A stretch of DNA of 64,000 bases, taken from the human T2T-CHM13v2.0 reference genome, Homo sapiens. Location: the NCBI RefSeq assembly GCF_009914755.1, contig NC_060933.1. One strand, 5' to 3'. Every line of letters starts with the position of its first letter. The stretch's first letter is position 1. The notes below the pieces were generated by a model that was not told the DNA's origin, did not search any database, and saw nothing but the letters and a program-made list of their open reading frames with translations. Positions 13,171 through 32,670 of this stretch are shown here, one piece after another. The position numbers and the translations under genes were made by a program.

Positions 13171-13499
13171 CTGACACTGGGGCCATTAGGCTCAGGGGCC
13201 CTGACATGCCCAGCCTCCAGAGTCTGCTCCTCAGGATTTCAGAGACCAGCTCATCAGGACAGTGAAGCCTGAGTGTAAGATGAAACTGGCCTTAATTTGA
13301 CCAGCTATAGTAAGTTGGCTTTAATTGGATGTGAAATATTTTGCCCCTACAGGGAAATTTAACTGTGTTTTTTTTCTTTTTGCCATTTAGTGGCCCACGT
13401 TCCAGTGGGTACAATTTCCAACTCCCAGTCCCAGACTAGCCCCTAATTAAAATATGATGTTTTCTTTTCAAGCTTGGTTTGAAAGTCAACCGACAGTTT

Positions 13500-14615
13500 T
13501 TTGTTTTCTGTTGTTAGGAAATTGTTTTTATTTTTTGAAAAGGTCAGGGATTTACAGAGCTCCAAAGTAAAAAGACATAAAAAGGTTTACAGGGAAAATT
13601 CTCCCTCCTCCGAGCTACCTGAGTGCAACCAATGTTTAGTGTCTTGGGCATCCTTCCAGAAATATTTTATTTTTAATTTTCTTTTTACAAACAAGGCAGC
13701 GCTCTGTCACCCAGGCTAGAGTGCAGTGGTATGATCACGGCTCACTGCAGCCTTGACCTCCCCAGGCTCAAGTGATCCTCCTAATTTTAGCTTCACTAGT
13801 AGCTGGGACTATAGGCACACGCCACCATGCCCAGCTAATTTTTGTTCTATATTTTATGTTATTTTTTTGTAGAGACAGGATCCTACCATGTTGTCCAGGC
13901 TGGTTTTGAACTCCTGGACTTAAGTGATCCTCCTGCTTCAACCTCCCAAAGCGTTGGGATTACAGGCATAAGCCACTATGCGCAGCCCTTCCAGATATAT
14001 TTTATGCACATGCAAGCATAAGTATTCTTTTTTCATTTTCTTTAAACATTATTTATAGTATACTATATACACAGTTGTTTTACCTTGCCTTTTTTTTTCT
14101 GTCCACTTACTATGTTTTGGAGATAGCTAAATATAATTATAAAGATAGTTTCTTCATTTAAAAATTTAAATTTAAATTAAAATTTTATTTAAAATAAAAA
14201 TTTTAAAAATTACATAGTATTTGGCTGTTCCATAGTTTATTTAGCAGTCCCCTTCTGGTAAGTATGTTAAGTTTTGAAGTCATCTACTATTAAACGATTT
14301 AGTAATAAATAACTTTAGACCAATGTGATTTGAATTGGGAGCAAGTATAAGTTGCATGAATTGATGAAAGAGGAATTCCTGCAGCAAAGCGTACATGCAT
14401 TGGTAATTTTACTAGATACTGCCAATTTGTCCCCTTATAGGTATTTTTCCAGTTTATACTCCCACCAATAAAGTACAAGAATGTCAGTTTCCCCACATCC
14501 CCAGTGGGTGTGTTTTCAGTTGTGATTTCCCACAACTTGAAAATCTCAGTATGCTTTCATTTGCATTCTCTTCTTATGAATGGAGGTGAGCTTTTCGTAT
14601 GATGCCATCTGCATC
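13500..14615 (-). mobile_element. Old L1M (L1ME-like) fragments
   Basis: agatactgccaa...atactcccacca...cagtttccccacatcc...atttgcattctc, L1 3' region in reverse. Confidence 0.55.
13670..13988 (-). mobile_element. Alu (AluJ)
   Basis: Reverse Alu; TSD ttccaga(a/t)atatttta. Confidence 0.92.
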
Positions 14616-15049
14616 AACAGGCATCTCTTTCTCGGAGTGCTGGAAGAACACTTGCCCTTGAACAGGTCTGTGACCCAAGTTCAAAGCTGGCAGAACCCAT
14701 CGCAGCTTAACCACCAGGGTTTGTAGCTGAATGTCTTATGCAAGGAAGTGGTTGGTTTCTGCAGTGTGTTCTCATTAGAAATGCTTGGTCACTGAAACCA
14801 ATCCTAACCAGGCTGATGGCGCCATCTATCTTTCTGAGATGGGTAAATGGAATGCAATGCAGTTTTACAAGCGGGATATTTGGGACCTGACATGGATGAT
14901 TTCAGGGACCTGACCCTGATGATGAGCTCTGCCAGGGGCTGTGGATGCGTTCCATCAAAGCTGAAAATATCATCAACTTATTGAATTGTCTTTTGTCCTA
15001 CTTGATGTCACTGAAGTGAGCATGTCTTTTTGATTTTTAAAAAATGTTT

Positions 15050-15359
15050 GGCCAGGTGTAGTGGCTCACGCCTGTAATCCGAGCACTTAGGAAGGTCGAG
15101 GCAGATGGATTGCTTGTGCCTAGGAGTTCCAGACTAGTCTGGACTACATGGAGAAACCCCGTCTCTACAAAACAATACACACAAAAAATTAGCCAGGTGT
15201 GGTGGTGAGAACCTGTAGTCCCAGCTACTTGGGAGGCTAAGGTGGGAGGATCACCTGAGCCCAGGGAGGTTGAAGCTGCAGTGAGCCGTGACTGCACCAC
15301 TGCACTCTGGCCTGGGTGACGCAGTGAGACCCTGTCTCAAAAAACAAACAAAACAAAAC
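15050..15359 (+). mobile_element. Alu (AluJ)
   Basis: Full Alu. Confidence 0.95.
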
Positions 15360-16172
15360 TTTATTATTAAAAAAATAAAAGGCCCACATATATAGAGAAT
15401 AGTGAAATGAACCCTAATTTACACATCACCAACATTAAGCAGTTACGAAGACTACACGACACTTGACCCATCCATCCCATTTCCTGTTTCTTCCTTTTGG
15501 ATGAGGTAAGTAGTCTTTAAAGCAAATAATGTCATTTCACCCTTATGTACTTCAGTAAACATCTCTAAAAATGGGCATAGTCATATATAATTACAATGCC
15601 ATGATCAGATCTGACAAAATTAAAAGTAATTCATTGGTATCATAAGACCGAGTTCATAAAAATCTCCGAGTTATCTCCAGCCTCGCTCCCCCTTTACCGT
15701 GGGTTTGTCTGATGGGGGTCCACACGCTGTATTTGGTTCTATGTTTCTTACGTCTCTTCATTTGCACAGTGGACGCCCCCTTTGTGAGGAAACGGAGTCC
15801 ATTGCTCAGCAGAATCCTCTCCATTCTGAAACTGTGTGTTTGCTTCCTCGTGGAGTCACTTAATTTGTTCCTGGATCCCCCATGTTTCCTGTAGAGTGGA
15901 AGCAGATCTAGAGGCTTCTTTGATATGGGTTCAAATGTTTGAGGGAGATGTACTTCCCAGGAGATGCTGGTCCACTGCCTACTGCGTCACTTCCGAAAGG
16001 ACACAGTGGGTCTTTTGTCCACCAGGCAAGATCAGTAGGGGTCAGTAACGTCAGCCAGACAACCCCTCCATTGCAAACTCCACTTTCCATCTTTTCTCTA
16101 CAACCTTTCATTTGCTCACTATGTTGCTGGAATCAGTAATTTCAATTAGGGGTTGAAAAATGGGGATTTTCC

Positions 16173-16475
16173 TTTTTTTTTTTTTAATTTTTTTTTTGAG
16201 AGGAAGTCTCCCTCTGTTGCCCAGGCTGGAGTGCAGTGGCGCAATCTCGGCTCACTGCAACCTCCCGACTCCTGGGTTCAAGTGATTCTCCTGCCTCAGA
16301 CTCCCGAGTGGAATTACAGGCACGCGCCACCACGCCCGGCTCATTTGTGTATTTTTAGTAGAGATGGCGTTTCGCCATGTTGGCCAGGCTGATCTTGAAC
16401 TCCTGACCTCAGGTGATCCACCTGCCTTGGCCTCCCAAAGTGCTGGGATTATAGGCGTGAGCCACTGCACCCAGC
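16173..16475 (-). mobile_element. Alu (AluS) within an old L1M fragment
   Basis: Reverse Alu; TSD ggggattttc. Confidence 0.93.
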
Positions 16476-17404
16476 GGGGATTTTCTAATTCTACCATTGC
16501 TTCCACATATTAGTTGGAGTTTTTTCTGTATATAAAGAAAACTAGAGTTATTTTGTCACCTTGGAATAGTTTATATCATTGTTAAAGTGGCCAATGGCTT
16601 CCTCAGGTTTCTTGTTTTTTAAGTAGTCTATCCTTCTCCAGTTGAGGAAACAAAGAACAGCATATTATGTTCAGGCCATGGAATTAGCCTAGGAAAGAAA
16701 TAGCCTTTTTTTTTTAGCTTTCCTTATTACCATAGAATATTTAGCCCCAGATGTGTGTGAAATGTCATAATTACTAATCGATCCTTTCTACTTGCAGGCC
16801 TTACCCTTTGTCCCTGCCTTTGGTCTTTTCCTCAGGGTCTGTCTCCTCGAATCAGCAAAAGCATTGAGTTGTAATAAAGCATGTAGGCTGAAATATCATC
16901 ACTGAAATCTCAGCACATTCCTTTCGCCCCAAAGCCAAACACCACTTAGTTGGATGATATTTGGATAATATGTTGCAATGACTCTCAGTTGTGTACACTT
17001 TAGTAAGAATTAATGCAACCAGCTTGCTTTCCATTTCACAGATTAGGTTGATGCGGGAGAGACAGGCCTGGAAAGGAAGTAGCAAAAAGAGGGCGTTGAA
17101 TCACCAGGTGCAGGGCCCTTTCTAGATGGTTGTGGAGGCAGCTGTTGTTTTTTCAGCTAGTAGAAGCAGCTGACAGCATTTCATGCTAAGAAGAGATACT
17201 AGGAAGAAGGAAGAAGGGAAATAAAGATGTTCTGGGAACTTTTAGCTGCTAAAGAATGGGTTAGATACCCGATTATGGGCACCTGAAATCCCCATTCTTC
17301 CCCTACCACACCGTATCTCTGTAAGATATTTTTGCTGCAAGTCACACAATACTGGACTGAGAAAGGCCACTGTCTAGACATGTGCGTTTCTGAATAAATA
17401 CCGA

Positions 17405-17625
17405 CTGGGTGGTAGTGTAGCACAGTGGTTAAGTTCATAGGCTTTGGAGACAGATCTAACTGGGTTCAAGTCCTGGCTTCATCATTTGGGTTAGAGGCTT
17501 TAATGTCTTCAGCCCTCAATTTCCCCACCTGTAAAATGGGGATAATAACAAGGCCACAAGGCTACTGTGAAGATTAAGTGGACTTGAAGCCTTTACCACA
17601 TTTCCTTTCATATAAGCCTTCAATA
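17405..17625 (+). mobile_element. MIR
   Basis: gtagtgtagcacagtggttaag...ctgggttcaagtcctggct...ctgtaaaatggggataata. Confidence 0.85.
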
Positions 17626-17857
17626 TATAATAACTTTGAAAAAGTGAAAACAAAAAATGGAAAAGATTTTTTACTTCAAAAGAGGATTCCACCAGTTGGT
17701 AGAAAAAGATTTTATTTTCACTAATCCAGTGGGCACAAAGACTCCTCCAGGTATCCTTCTGTCATGCGAACAGGAGTGACCTGGTCAGCCACCGACAGCT
17801 GGATGCCCCTTAGACATTGCTAGGTTGTTCTGAATGTCAAAGATTTCTGGCCTGATG

Positions 17858-18670
17858 CGGAGGAAAGGGAACTCTTATATACTTTGGTGGAAATGTAAAT
17901 TATTGGTACAGCCATTATGTAAAACAGTATGGAGATTTCTCAAGAAACTAAAAATAGAACTAACATATGATTCACCAATTCCACTGCTGGGTATTTATCC
18001 AAAGGTTAGGAAATCAGTATGTTGAAAGGATACATATACCCTCTTGTTTATTGCAGCATTGTTCACAATAGCAAACATGGAATCAACCTAAATACCCATC
18101 AATGGATGAATACATAAGGAAAATATGGTACATATGCACAATGTAATACTATTTGGCCATAAAAAAGAGTGAAATCATGTCAGTGGCAGCAACATGGATG
18201 GAACTGAAGGTCATCATGTTAAGTGAAATAAACCAAGTACAGAAAGACAAATGTCAAATGTTCTCACTCATATGTGGGAGCTAGAAACGCTGACCTCATG
18301 GAGATAGAGAGTAGTAGAATGACAGACACTAGAAGCTGGGAAGGGTGTGTAGTGGGAGATGGGGGTAAAGAGAGGTTGGTTAATGGGTACAAACACACAA
18401 TTAGAAGAAATAAGTTCTAATGTTCGACAGCAGAGTAGGATGACCAGAGTTGACAACAAGGTATTGTATATTTCAAAAAAAAAAGCTAGAAGAGAGGACT
18501 TGAAGTGTTTGCAATACGTATAAATGATATTCGAGGTGATGGATACGATAAATAACCTGACTTGATCATTACACAGTCTATGCATGTAACCAAAGATACG
18601 CGTGTCTCATAAATATGTGCAAATATTTGCGTATCAATAAAAAATAAATATTTTAAAATGGAAAAAAGAA
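17858..18670 (+). mobile_element. 5'-truncated L1MA-family LINE (ORF2 end and 3'UTR)
   Basis: Degenerate ORF2 C-terminus (VQPLCKTVWRFLKKLKIELTYDSPIPLLGIYPK), A-rich tail, TSD tctggcctgatg at 17846-17857 and 18675-18686. Confidence 0.9.
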
Positions 18671-18818
18671 AGGCTCTGGCCTGATGAAAAGCATCTTGTA
18701 GCAGCCCTGATCTTTCACTTCCATCATTTTCGTTCTACGGATCTAAGCATCGTGTCCTAAAGCGGGGCTGAAACAAGCCTCACCAGCACCGGGCGGACAC
18801 TCTGTGCTCCTCGAGCCA

Positions 18819-18838
18819 ATGGCGCCATCTAGTGGTGC
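18819..18838 (-). promoter_or_regulatory. Strong CTCF motif (reverse orientation)
   Basis: Reverse complement CACCACTAGATGGCGCC contains the canonical core CCACTAGATGGCGC (18822-18835) in a small CpG-retaining unique patch. Confidence 0.75.
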
Positions 18839-19469
18839 TGTTGCGCTAACACAGCCTGGCCCTGGGCCCAGGTTTTGTGGCCACTCTCAGAGTTACCCTG
18901 AGTGTTCACAAGAATAAGCTTCAGCGACGTCTTCTTGTCTTTCACGCTTACTAAAGTGCAGTCGGCTGCCTGGGCTCCCATCAGCTCCTCAGAAGGTGGG
19001 AACATTGCTCACTGTTCCTCTCTTTCTGGCTCTGCCTCACTCCTGTGCCTCTCACTGTGGCATGTGGGTGACATGCTGGGACATGCTGGTGATGCCATTT
19101 CTCTGCGTGGTCCCATTTATCCTTTGGAGAACTGATGACAAATGATAGGTACCTAGGCAAAAATCATATGTCCTGTTCTGAAGTAGGATTTAAGGGGATG
19201 TTTCTGTCTTTTCCATGCCCTTCCTGGAACCCTAAGAATTTGTGAATGTCCAGTAGCTATAATTAGAAGTGGCTAGCTTCAGGGTCCAATGTGTGATTGG
19301 CTCTTACTCTATGATGACCCGACCTCACTCCACAAAAGTCCCAGAAAATTTCCAAAAAGTAGTCTCTGTACATCGCCTTCCGTGCTTTAGACAGGACATC
19401 TGCCACACTGAGTCTGAGGACACGGGGCACTAAGCGTACCCAGGCAAGATCATTAGCTGAGTTAGCTCT

Positions 19470-19750
19470 AAAAGCTCGCTACCAAGTGTGGTCTAAGGAG
19501 TAGCAGCAGTACCATCACTGAGAGCTGGCTAGAAGGCAGACTCTGGAGCCACGCTGTAGACATACTGATTCAGAATCTGAAGTTTAGCTAGACCCTAGAG
19601 ATTGGCGCACTCACTAACATTTGAAAAGCACCGAACTGTGGCAGTGACTCTCAACTTTGGCATCACAATAGAACGACCCAGAGGGCTTCTAAAGATCTGG
19701 ATACCTGGCCCTCGCTCCAGACTGATTCTAATCTCTGGGGGTGGGAAGTG
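19470..19750. mobile_element. Adjacent MER5A/MER5B-like MITEs
   Basis: caagtgtggtc...cagcagtaccatcac...tactgattcagaatctg and gcagtgactctcaactttggc. Confidence 0.6.
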
Positions 19751-20176
19751 GTGTGGTGGTAGGACAAACATTGAGAAAGAGGTTGACCATTTAGAGCAGG
19801 ACCATTCAATTACCCAGAGCTGGATTTTACCACAGTGAGGGTACAGGAAGTTGGCCTATAGCTCCTTCCTGAAGATCTCACAAAAGGAACAAAAAGTGCC
19901 AAAACTCAGCAAAAACTCTCCAGTAGTAAACAAATTAGGTTAAGAGGCACAAATTCTTGTTAGAAACTTTAAAACATGGTGGCCAAGAAAATAATCGAAG
20001 CTTCTAGTGTAGACCACACAGGTACCTACCAATCCCATCCTACCTGCCTGGAGTGATTCAAGAAAAGGAGGCTGGTGATGAAATTCTGAGAATTCTCACT
20101 AATATCCACCGATGTAAAGAAAAGAAAACCTACGGAGTAAATAGGCAGCCTGTGGGAAAGGTTAAGAGTATTGTGA

Positions 20177-20475
20177 TTTTTTTCCCCCAAGACAGAGGTC
20201 TCACTCTGTCTCCTGGGCTGGAGTGCAGTAGCATGATCACAGTTCACTGAAGCCCTGAACTCTTGGGCTCAAGTGACCCTCCTGTCTCAGCTGCCCGAGT
20301 AGCTGGGATTACAGGGCAGGCTACCACACCTGGCTAATTCTTAAAACAATTTCTCATAGAGATGGGGTGTTGCTATGTTGCCCAGGCTGGTTTCGAGCTC
20401 CTGGCCTCAAGTGATGCTCCTGCTTCTGCGCCCCCAAAGTGTTGGGGTCACAGGCTTGAGCCACCACACCCAACC
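20177..20475 (-). mobile_element. Alu (AluJ)
   Basis: Reverse Alu. Confidence 0.92.
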
Positions 20476-20558
20476 TGAAAAATTGTGTTCTAACAAGCCC
20501 TCCTGGTAGTCCTGATGCTCACTAACATTTGAAAACTGCCGATGTTAAACGGTCTCCA

Positions 20559-22556
<1,998 letters not shown>

Positions 22557-24870
22557 CTAAAAACCTGAGATGATACAACGGCAAGAACATGGAACTGTTA
22601 TACATTAGGAGACTTCGGACATATCCCTGTTTTTCACCTGCCAATAGATCAACAACGCGGCAACTGAGTGAACACACTTTTCAAAGCCAACCAGTCAGTG
22701 TCAGGTCTCCCTTCTGAAAGGAGGAAGTTCAATTAAACAGGCCTCCAAGTGTCAACCAATCAACAACAGTGTCATCAATGACGTCAGCCCACTTACACCC
22801 CTGGAAATCCTGTCTCTAACTTCCACCTTCCCCTAAACCCTGTATGAGATCCATAGTCAGCTCTGCTGATCAGCACAGTTGTCTCTTATAAAGCAGTAAC
22901 TTCAGTTTTGTCTTTTTATCTTATATATTGAATAGTGGTCTCATCTGACAAATTCAAGAATGAAAAAGTTGAAGTAAAAGAAAGAGGTGGGTGGTGAAAA
23001 GTGAACAATGTAAATTAGAATTAAGAAAATGACCACAAGGTTTATGATCACTGAATAGGACATAAATATATTATAAAAGACAAGATAACAAAACTAACAG
23101 CGACAAAACAGAAGTTTGGGAGAGGGAAGTGGGAAGAAGTTTAAAAAGTTTAATTTCCTAATTTTTATATCTGGTATCACTCATCAATATCTAAAATTCA
23201 GACAAGGAGTTTAAAAATGATTCTAACATCTTAATGTCTTCTCAAGTTATTTTTGTTATAATAAAATTTAAATATGCATGAACGTAACTAGTTATAATCT
23301 TGATAGCCTCATAGTTCTTATACAAAGTAAATACAAACAAAGCCAATAAAATTCAGATTATCAATTATTTAAAAATAGATGTTGAGTACAGCATTCATAC
23401 AGAAAAGAGCGCAAGTCACTGGCTAGCCAAATGTTTTTTTCACAAGGTGAACACAGGCATGCAATCAGCACCTGGACCAAGACTGAAAACAGTGCCAGGA
23501 CCTCAAAGCCTCCTCTCCTTCCTACTGCCAGCCCCTCCATCAAAGGCAACTCTCAAGGTGATTTCTGACACCACAGATTCATTTTGCCTTTTTTGAACTT
23601 TATAACAATGGAATCATAAAGTTTGTCCTCTTTCATGACTGGCTGCTTTCATTCAGCATTATGTCTGCGGCCCATTCATCTGTATTGTTGCGTGCGGTTG
23701 CTTCTTTTCATTTTTGTACAGTATTCTATTATGTGAATATACCACATTGTATCCATTCTACTGATAATGGACATTTGAGCTATTTCTGGGTGTGGTTACT
23801 ACAAAGAGTGCTTCTATGAGCATTCTTACACATGTCTTTTGGTGAACATATGTACATATATCTGTTATGTATATTCGTAGAAATAGAATTGCTCAGGCAG
23901 AGTATACATATGTTCAGTTTAACTAGATGCTGCCAAACAGTTATCCAAAAGTTTGTAGCAATTTATACTTCTACCAGCAGTGCATGAAAGTGTCAGATGT
24001 TCTACATCCTTGCCAACAGTTGGTACTGTCAGTCTTTTACGTTTTAGCCATTTTGGTGGGTGTTCCGTGATTATCTCAGTGTAATTTTATGTGCATTTCC
24101 CTGAAAACTAGTGATGTTGAGCGCTTTTTCATATGCTTATTAGCCATTTGGATATTCTCTTTTATGTAGTGTAGATTCACATTTTCCCATTAAAATTGGT
24201 TTATCTGTCTTTTTCTTATTGATTTGTAGAAGTTTTTAAATATTGTGAATTCAAGTCTATTGTTGGATGTATTAATAACAGAAATTCTGAATTTTAATCA
24301 AGTCCAAGGTTATGAAGGTATTACATGTTTCCACTTTACATTTCACATTTAGATTTGCAATTCATCTGGAATGGATTTTTGTGTGTCGGGTGAGGTAGGG
24401 GTCAAGATTCATTTTTCTCTGTATAGATTTCCAGTTGGCCCAGCACCACTTATTGTGAAGACTCTTTCTTCCACTGCATTGCATTTCTGCCGTAAATGAA
24501 GTGACTATAGGAAGATTTGTTTTTGGATTATTTCCATTGGTTAATTTGTCTATCCCTCTGCCAATATCACATTGTCTTATTATAACTTCATAATCAGTTT
24601 TGGTATCTTGCCATATAAGCCCTTCAATTTTGTTCTTAAAGATTTTATGGACTTTTCATGGTGATTTGCATTTCCACATATATTTTCGATTTGGACAGAA
24701 GGACCTGCTGGGGTTTTGATTGGGACTAAATCAGATCTATAGATCAATCTGGGAGGAACTGATATCTTTACACTATTGAGTCTTCTGACTCAGAATGTAT
24801 CTCTCCGTTTATTTAAGTCCTCCCTAATTATGCTCAATAATATTGTGTAGATTTATGTAGCGAGATCTCA

Positions 24871-25261
<391 letters not shown>

Positions 25262-25792
25262 GTTCTTACTGATATATAGAAATGAAATGGACTTTTTAAC
25301 CTCGCCCTTGTATCTAGTGACCTTGCTAAATTCACTGATTAATTCTAATAGTTTATCTGTTGATTTTTTCTGAGTTTTTGACTTCCACAATCATGTAACC
25401 TGATTCTTCCAGGCAGTTGAGCTGAGGGTGAATTACTTTATCCAATCTGGGATTGAGCTGGATTTCTGTATTTGTGAGTGCTATTCATTATCTTTAATCC
25501 CAGAGTAGAGGCTTTCAGGGGTCTTAACAGAAAATCTGAGGTGTTTCACTGGACCTTTCCTCCAAAACCCCAATTTTGTCTCCCCAGCTCCAAAAACTCT
25601 GCTCAGTTTCTCTGCCTCTTGGTCACCAATTATATAGTGAAAAAAGCTTAAAGGGAAAAGTAGCCAAATATCAGGTCACCTCTCTGTGCCTCTTTTCTTT
25701 CTGGGATCTTGACTCCACATATCTCTGCTTCCTTTCATTTTTAAAAAAATTATTTTTATTTTTTATTAAATTAATTAATTAATTATTATTAT

Positions 25793-26440
<648 letters not shown>

Positions 26441-28079
26441 TGATCTTCATCTATTTAATGGCTAATGATGTTGAGCATCTTTCCATGTGTTTATTGGCCA
26501 TTTGTATGTATTCTCTGGAGAAATGTCTACTCAGGTCCTTTGTCTATTTTTAAATTGTGTTACTTGTCTTTTTATTATTGAGTTGTAAGTTTTCTTTATA
26601 TAGTGTTCTATCTAGGCTGGATTTTGTTACAACTCAATAATAAAATATTTTTGACCATTCTGTGGGTTGTCTTTTCATTTTCTTGATAGTGTTGTTTGTA
26701 GCACAAGTTTTTAATTTTAATGAAGTTCAGTTTATTTTTCTTTTCATTTCTTGTTTCTTTGCTGTTGTATCTAAGAAGGCTTTACCTAACCCAAGGTCAC
26801 AAAAGTTTACTCTTATGTTTTCTCCTAAGAATTTTATAATTCTAGCTCTTACATCTAGGTCTCTGATCCTTTGGAGTGAATTTTTGTTTATGGTAGAAGG
26901 AAGGGGTCCAACTTCATTCATTTGCACAAAGATATGCAGTTGTCTTGGTACTATGCTCCCACATCCTTTAAATAGTCCATCACATTCTCCTCCATGACCC
27001 CAGGACCCCTCATCATGCATGACCTCGTGCTCGCCCCTGGACTGCTGATCCCTGGGACATCGCCCTCATGGTGCAAGTGGTTCTTCTCCAGTCTTCCCCA
27101 GGACTTGCAGTAGATTAGAAATTACTTCACTCAAGAGCTTGGTCAGGGTGTGCATTGCTGTCTTCACTACTTATTGCAAAGTAAGGAGTGTAAGAGTTTA
27201 ATGTGGAATATATATAATTTTGTGAAAAACTGGGGGGTATGTAGTGGTCAGGCTACTATAGTGCAAAGGAGACCCACCCCACAGGCCCCTGATTTTCTGT
27301 GGCAGAAGGGAACGCACGGTCTGGCAGCCAGCAGCCGGCTCTGCTCCAATGCTTGCTGTTTCTACAGAAGCCCTGGCATCCACGTCTGTTCCCCCATTGA
27401 GGGTTCTGATGGGTGCTCACTCTTGCCACTATCGTCATGAAAGTAAAATGACTTGTTTTCCCCCAAAGGAAACATTACGAATGCAACCAAATGCCTGAAG
27501 ATTTCCTACGTGACCAGTGCTCATCCACCAGGAGGCCTGGTTTTTAATATTCTTTAGAACTTTTCTTGTCACTCCGAATGTGTCACTTCTCTTCTGTTTC
27601 TGTAAAGTGGGGATTTGTAGTCTCTATCTTTAAGCATTAAGACAAAAATACTCCTACCCTGATGAATATGGAGAGCTGTGTTCCCACAAGTGTCTTTCTT
27701 GTGCCTGTGTTTCAGCAACAGTGGCTTTTCCTCTGGAAGATTCATGAAAACTTCTGCTGATTAGGAAAGACCTCATCCACTCTCCTACTCCACCCGCCCC
27801 GTGTTACAAAAGCAGACAGCAGAACCGGCGCTAGGAGGGAGTGTTTAGCCACCAGAGGGAAGACTTTCTGGGTAAAAGTCTGATAACCTGAAGGCCCAGG
27901 GCTGCATCGGGCACGTGACCCCGGCCGTGGGGCCTCTATCTTACATTGTCATGTTGCGGAAGATCACAAAAGGAAACATAGCAAGAAATTTAGGTAGAGC
28001 ATGGGTAACACGTTGATAAAATGTAACTGGACTGTACCTTTCAGTGAATTTGTCTTGAATGGCTGGTGAACCTCCACAT

Positions 28080-28830
<751 letters not shown>

Positions 28831-29826
28831 GTCTCGAGTGTCTCCATGAAGACAATAAACTCTTTAAAGCAGGGCCAGGGACTTAGTTTCTTTCTATGCT
28901 TCAGAGAGCTAGTATTGTGCTGTGAGTATCCTAGGGGCCTGGCGGGGTGTGTTCTGATGGCAATTCATGCTGGAATTCATTTTAGGCAAAGGTTTGTTTT
29001 TGCACAAGATAAAAGTAGTCTATCTGTGTTCCCTGTAACACAGTATAGGAAAAGTAGGAATATTTTGGTGTACTAAAATAATAAATGCCATTCTCTTCAT
29101 ACATACCCATATACCCACATACATATGGATGTGCACACACTTACGGGGTGTGAGTGTGTGTGTGTATGTGTATTTTTTCAGATGAGACCATTTGTTACTA
29201 CTGGAAATTCACAAATAATTATTTTCCTTTTCCTAACTCCTCTCTATTTAACTTTTACTTTTAGACTATTTCTTTTTTCAATTTGCCTAAAAAAATTGTT
29301 CAGCTAATAAATACTTTCAAGGCAGACAAAAGGAGCTTCCATAGGTTATGAGAAAAATGCTAGGCTCTGAGAAGACCTCCATGGATACAAAAACATAAAT
29401 CACAGAAGGCCCTTTTGAAATGTCATTCACTTTCCTTTCTCATAGGAAATCAGGGTCTGGAGAGAAATGAACTAACGTTACAGTTCATCTGGATCTTGTT
29501 ACTCAAACCAGGATAAGAATGGTAGAGGAGGATGCACCCAGTAGAAGCCAATCCATTTGGAGTTTTATAGTTTCCCGTTAAAAAAACTACTGAGCTTCCT
29601 AGGAAGACAGATGTACTTATCCAAAACTTGGCACCTGGAAAATATTACTCACTAATGACAATCCAAAGAGTTATTTATCAGCCAGGGTTGAGATGGCAGA
29701 CTAACAATGAAGAACAGAAGTCACCATTTGGTTCTGAAGCAATGGAGCCCCTAGAAGACATCAGCCATCAGGGATGATATTTTAACATCATGAAGCATGA
29801 GGCCTTGGCAGGCTGGGGAAGTTAGC

Positions 29827-30109
29827 TTTTTTTAGACAGGGTCTTACTGTGTCGCCCTGGAGTGCAAAGGTGTGATCTTGGCTCACTGCAGCCTCAACCT
29901 CCCAGGTTCAAGCAATCCCCCTGTCTCAGCCTCCTGAGTAGCTGGGTCCACAGGCATGCACCACCACGCCGGGCTAATTTTTGTATTTTTAGCAGAAACG
30001 GGGTTTTGCCATGTTGCCATGTTGGTCTCGAACTCCTGGACTCAAGCGATCCACTTGACTCAGCCTCCCAAAGTGCCAAGATTACGGGCATGAGCCACTG
30101 TGCCTGGCC
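29827..30109 (-). mobile_element. Alu (AluJ)
   Basis: Reverse Alu. Confidence 0.92.
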
Positions 30110-31179
30110 AAGTTTGCTTCTTAATATTACTGGTTACTATCATTAGTATTTTAAGAAAATTTGGATGCATTTATTTATTCACTCATTTCCTTCCTGCCTC
30201 CTGTCTTCTTTTGTCAAATATGTACCAGTAGCTAATGCACGGTAGATGCTGAGGCAGATACACAGATGTTTAAGCAGAGTCGTCATTGCCTTTATGGAGT
30301 TTACATTCTAGTAGGAAATAAAAACATATATAAAATGTGTGCAAGATAGAATCCGAAAAGCATCCCAAGATTGTAAAAAAGGAGTTTAGAACGGAGGGCA
30401 CCACCTCAGGTTGGTGTGAAGGAGGCTAAGTGTGATTAGGTAGTTGCGACTCAAGACTTTTGGGAAACTGGGGCTCCCAGGAGGACCTCCTCCTTATTTG
30501 CTTGCATTGGGAAGGGGCCGATTCTTCTTCCTGCATGGCTTGTTTACGAAGATTTCTGTGGTTAGGTGATTTTGTTGGATGTTGGTAGTGATGCCTGGCA
30601 CCAAAATGAACCTCCCTTGAATCCTGCCCTTAGGAATTGCCGGAGAGAAGTTTTGTATGCTTGTGCAAGAGTGTGCATTGAGATTTTATTGTCTCACCTT
30701 CCCACTTAATCTCTGACTGCACAGGAAAGAGTCTCTGGTGCCATCTCTCTCCTATGCGCTCTTTTCTTTATCCTGGGGTACTTGGTAGACTCTTCCTTTC
30801 TCGCTTTTTTCCCTCGTTTCTTTTCATGCCTCTTTTTTGGATTCACTAGCTTGAGATCCTTATGTTGGCTTAGGTGTGTGTTTCCTTTAACCAGCATGCA
30901 AACTAACCTTCTTACAAACTCCAGTGCAGGCAAGGGATGGGAGGGGACTTTCAGATATTGATTCAATCCATTCTCCTGCTTCCAGGAGAAAAATGACCTG
31001 TGCAAAGAGTTGCCCATTTCCTTTCAAAGATCTTCTCACAAGAAGAAACTTGACTTATCCTGATTGGGAAGTACTGCCTTCTGCCATTTAGAGCTATTCT
31101 GTTTTGCTTCCCTTTCTAGGAGATGTTTTTAATTCTAGGAAATTAAAGTCTCTGACACCAAAATATTATTCACTCCAAG

Positions 31180-31430
31180 AGAGGCACCATAGCAAAGTGG
31201 TTAAGAAGGCAGATTCCTGGAGCCATACAACTTGGGTCCAGATCCTAATTCTTTCACTTTTCAGCTGAGGCACTTACTATCTGAGCATCCTCTCTGTACC
31301 TCAGTTTCCTCAACTATGAGGATAGTAACAGTACGGCTCTCACAGGCTCCGGAGAGGATTGAATGCCTGAAGTGTCTAAAAAGGTTCCTGGTACATAATA
31401 AATATTATGTAAGTTTTCTCTGTTGTTATT
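31180..31430 (+). mobile_element. MIR
   Basis: gaggcaccatagcaaagtggttaaga...ctctgtacctcagtttcctc. Confidence 0.8.
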
Positions 31431-31599
31431 TCACTTTGGTTAATAGGGAAAATCTATTCATAGACTAAATTCTCATTAGTGACTTTTTTATCTTTCTAAC
31501 TTTGTAGGAAGTGTTTTGATAAGGAATATCTACACATATATTCTAAGCAAAATAAATACGTGTACTGAGAATCACCAAATTTCTTCTGCTCCTTCCTAT

Positions 31600-32670
<1,071 letters not shown>

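Noticed and set aside
22595-22950. Possible solo LTR (TG...CA, CCAAT-like motifs)
   Set aside because: No TSD found and family not recognised; needs a Dfam search.
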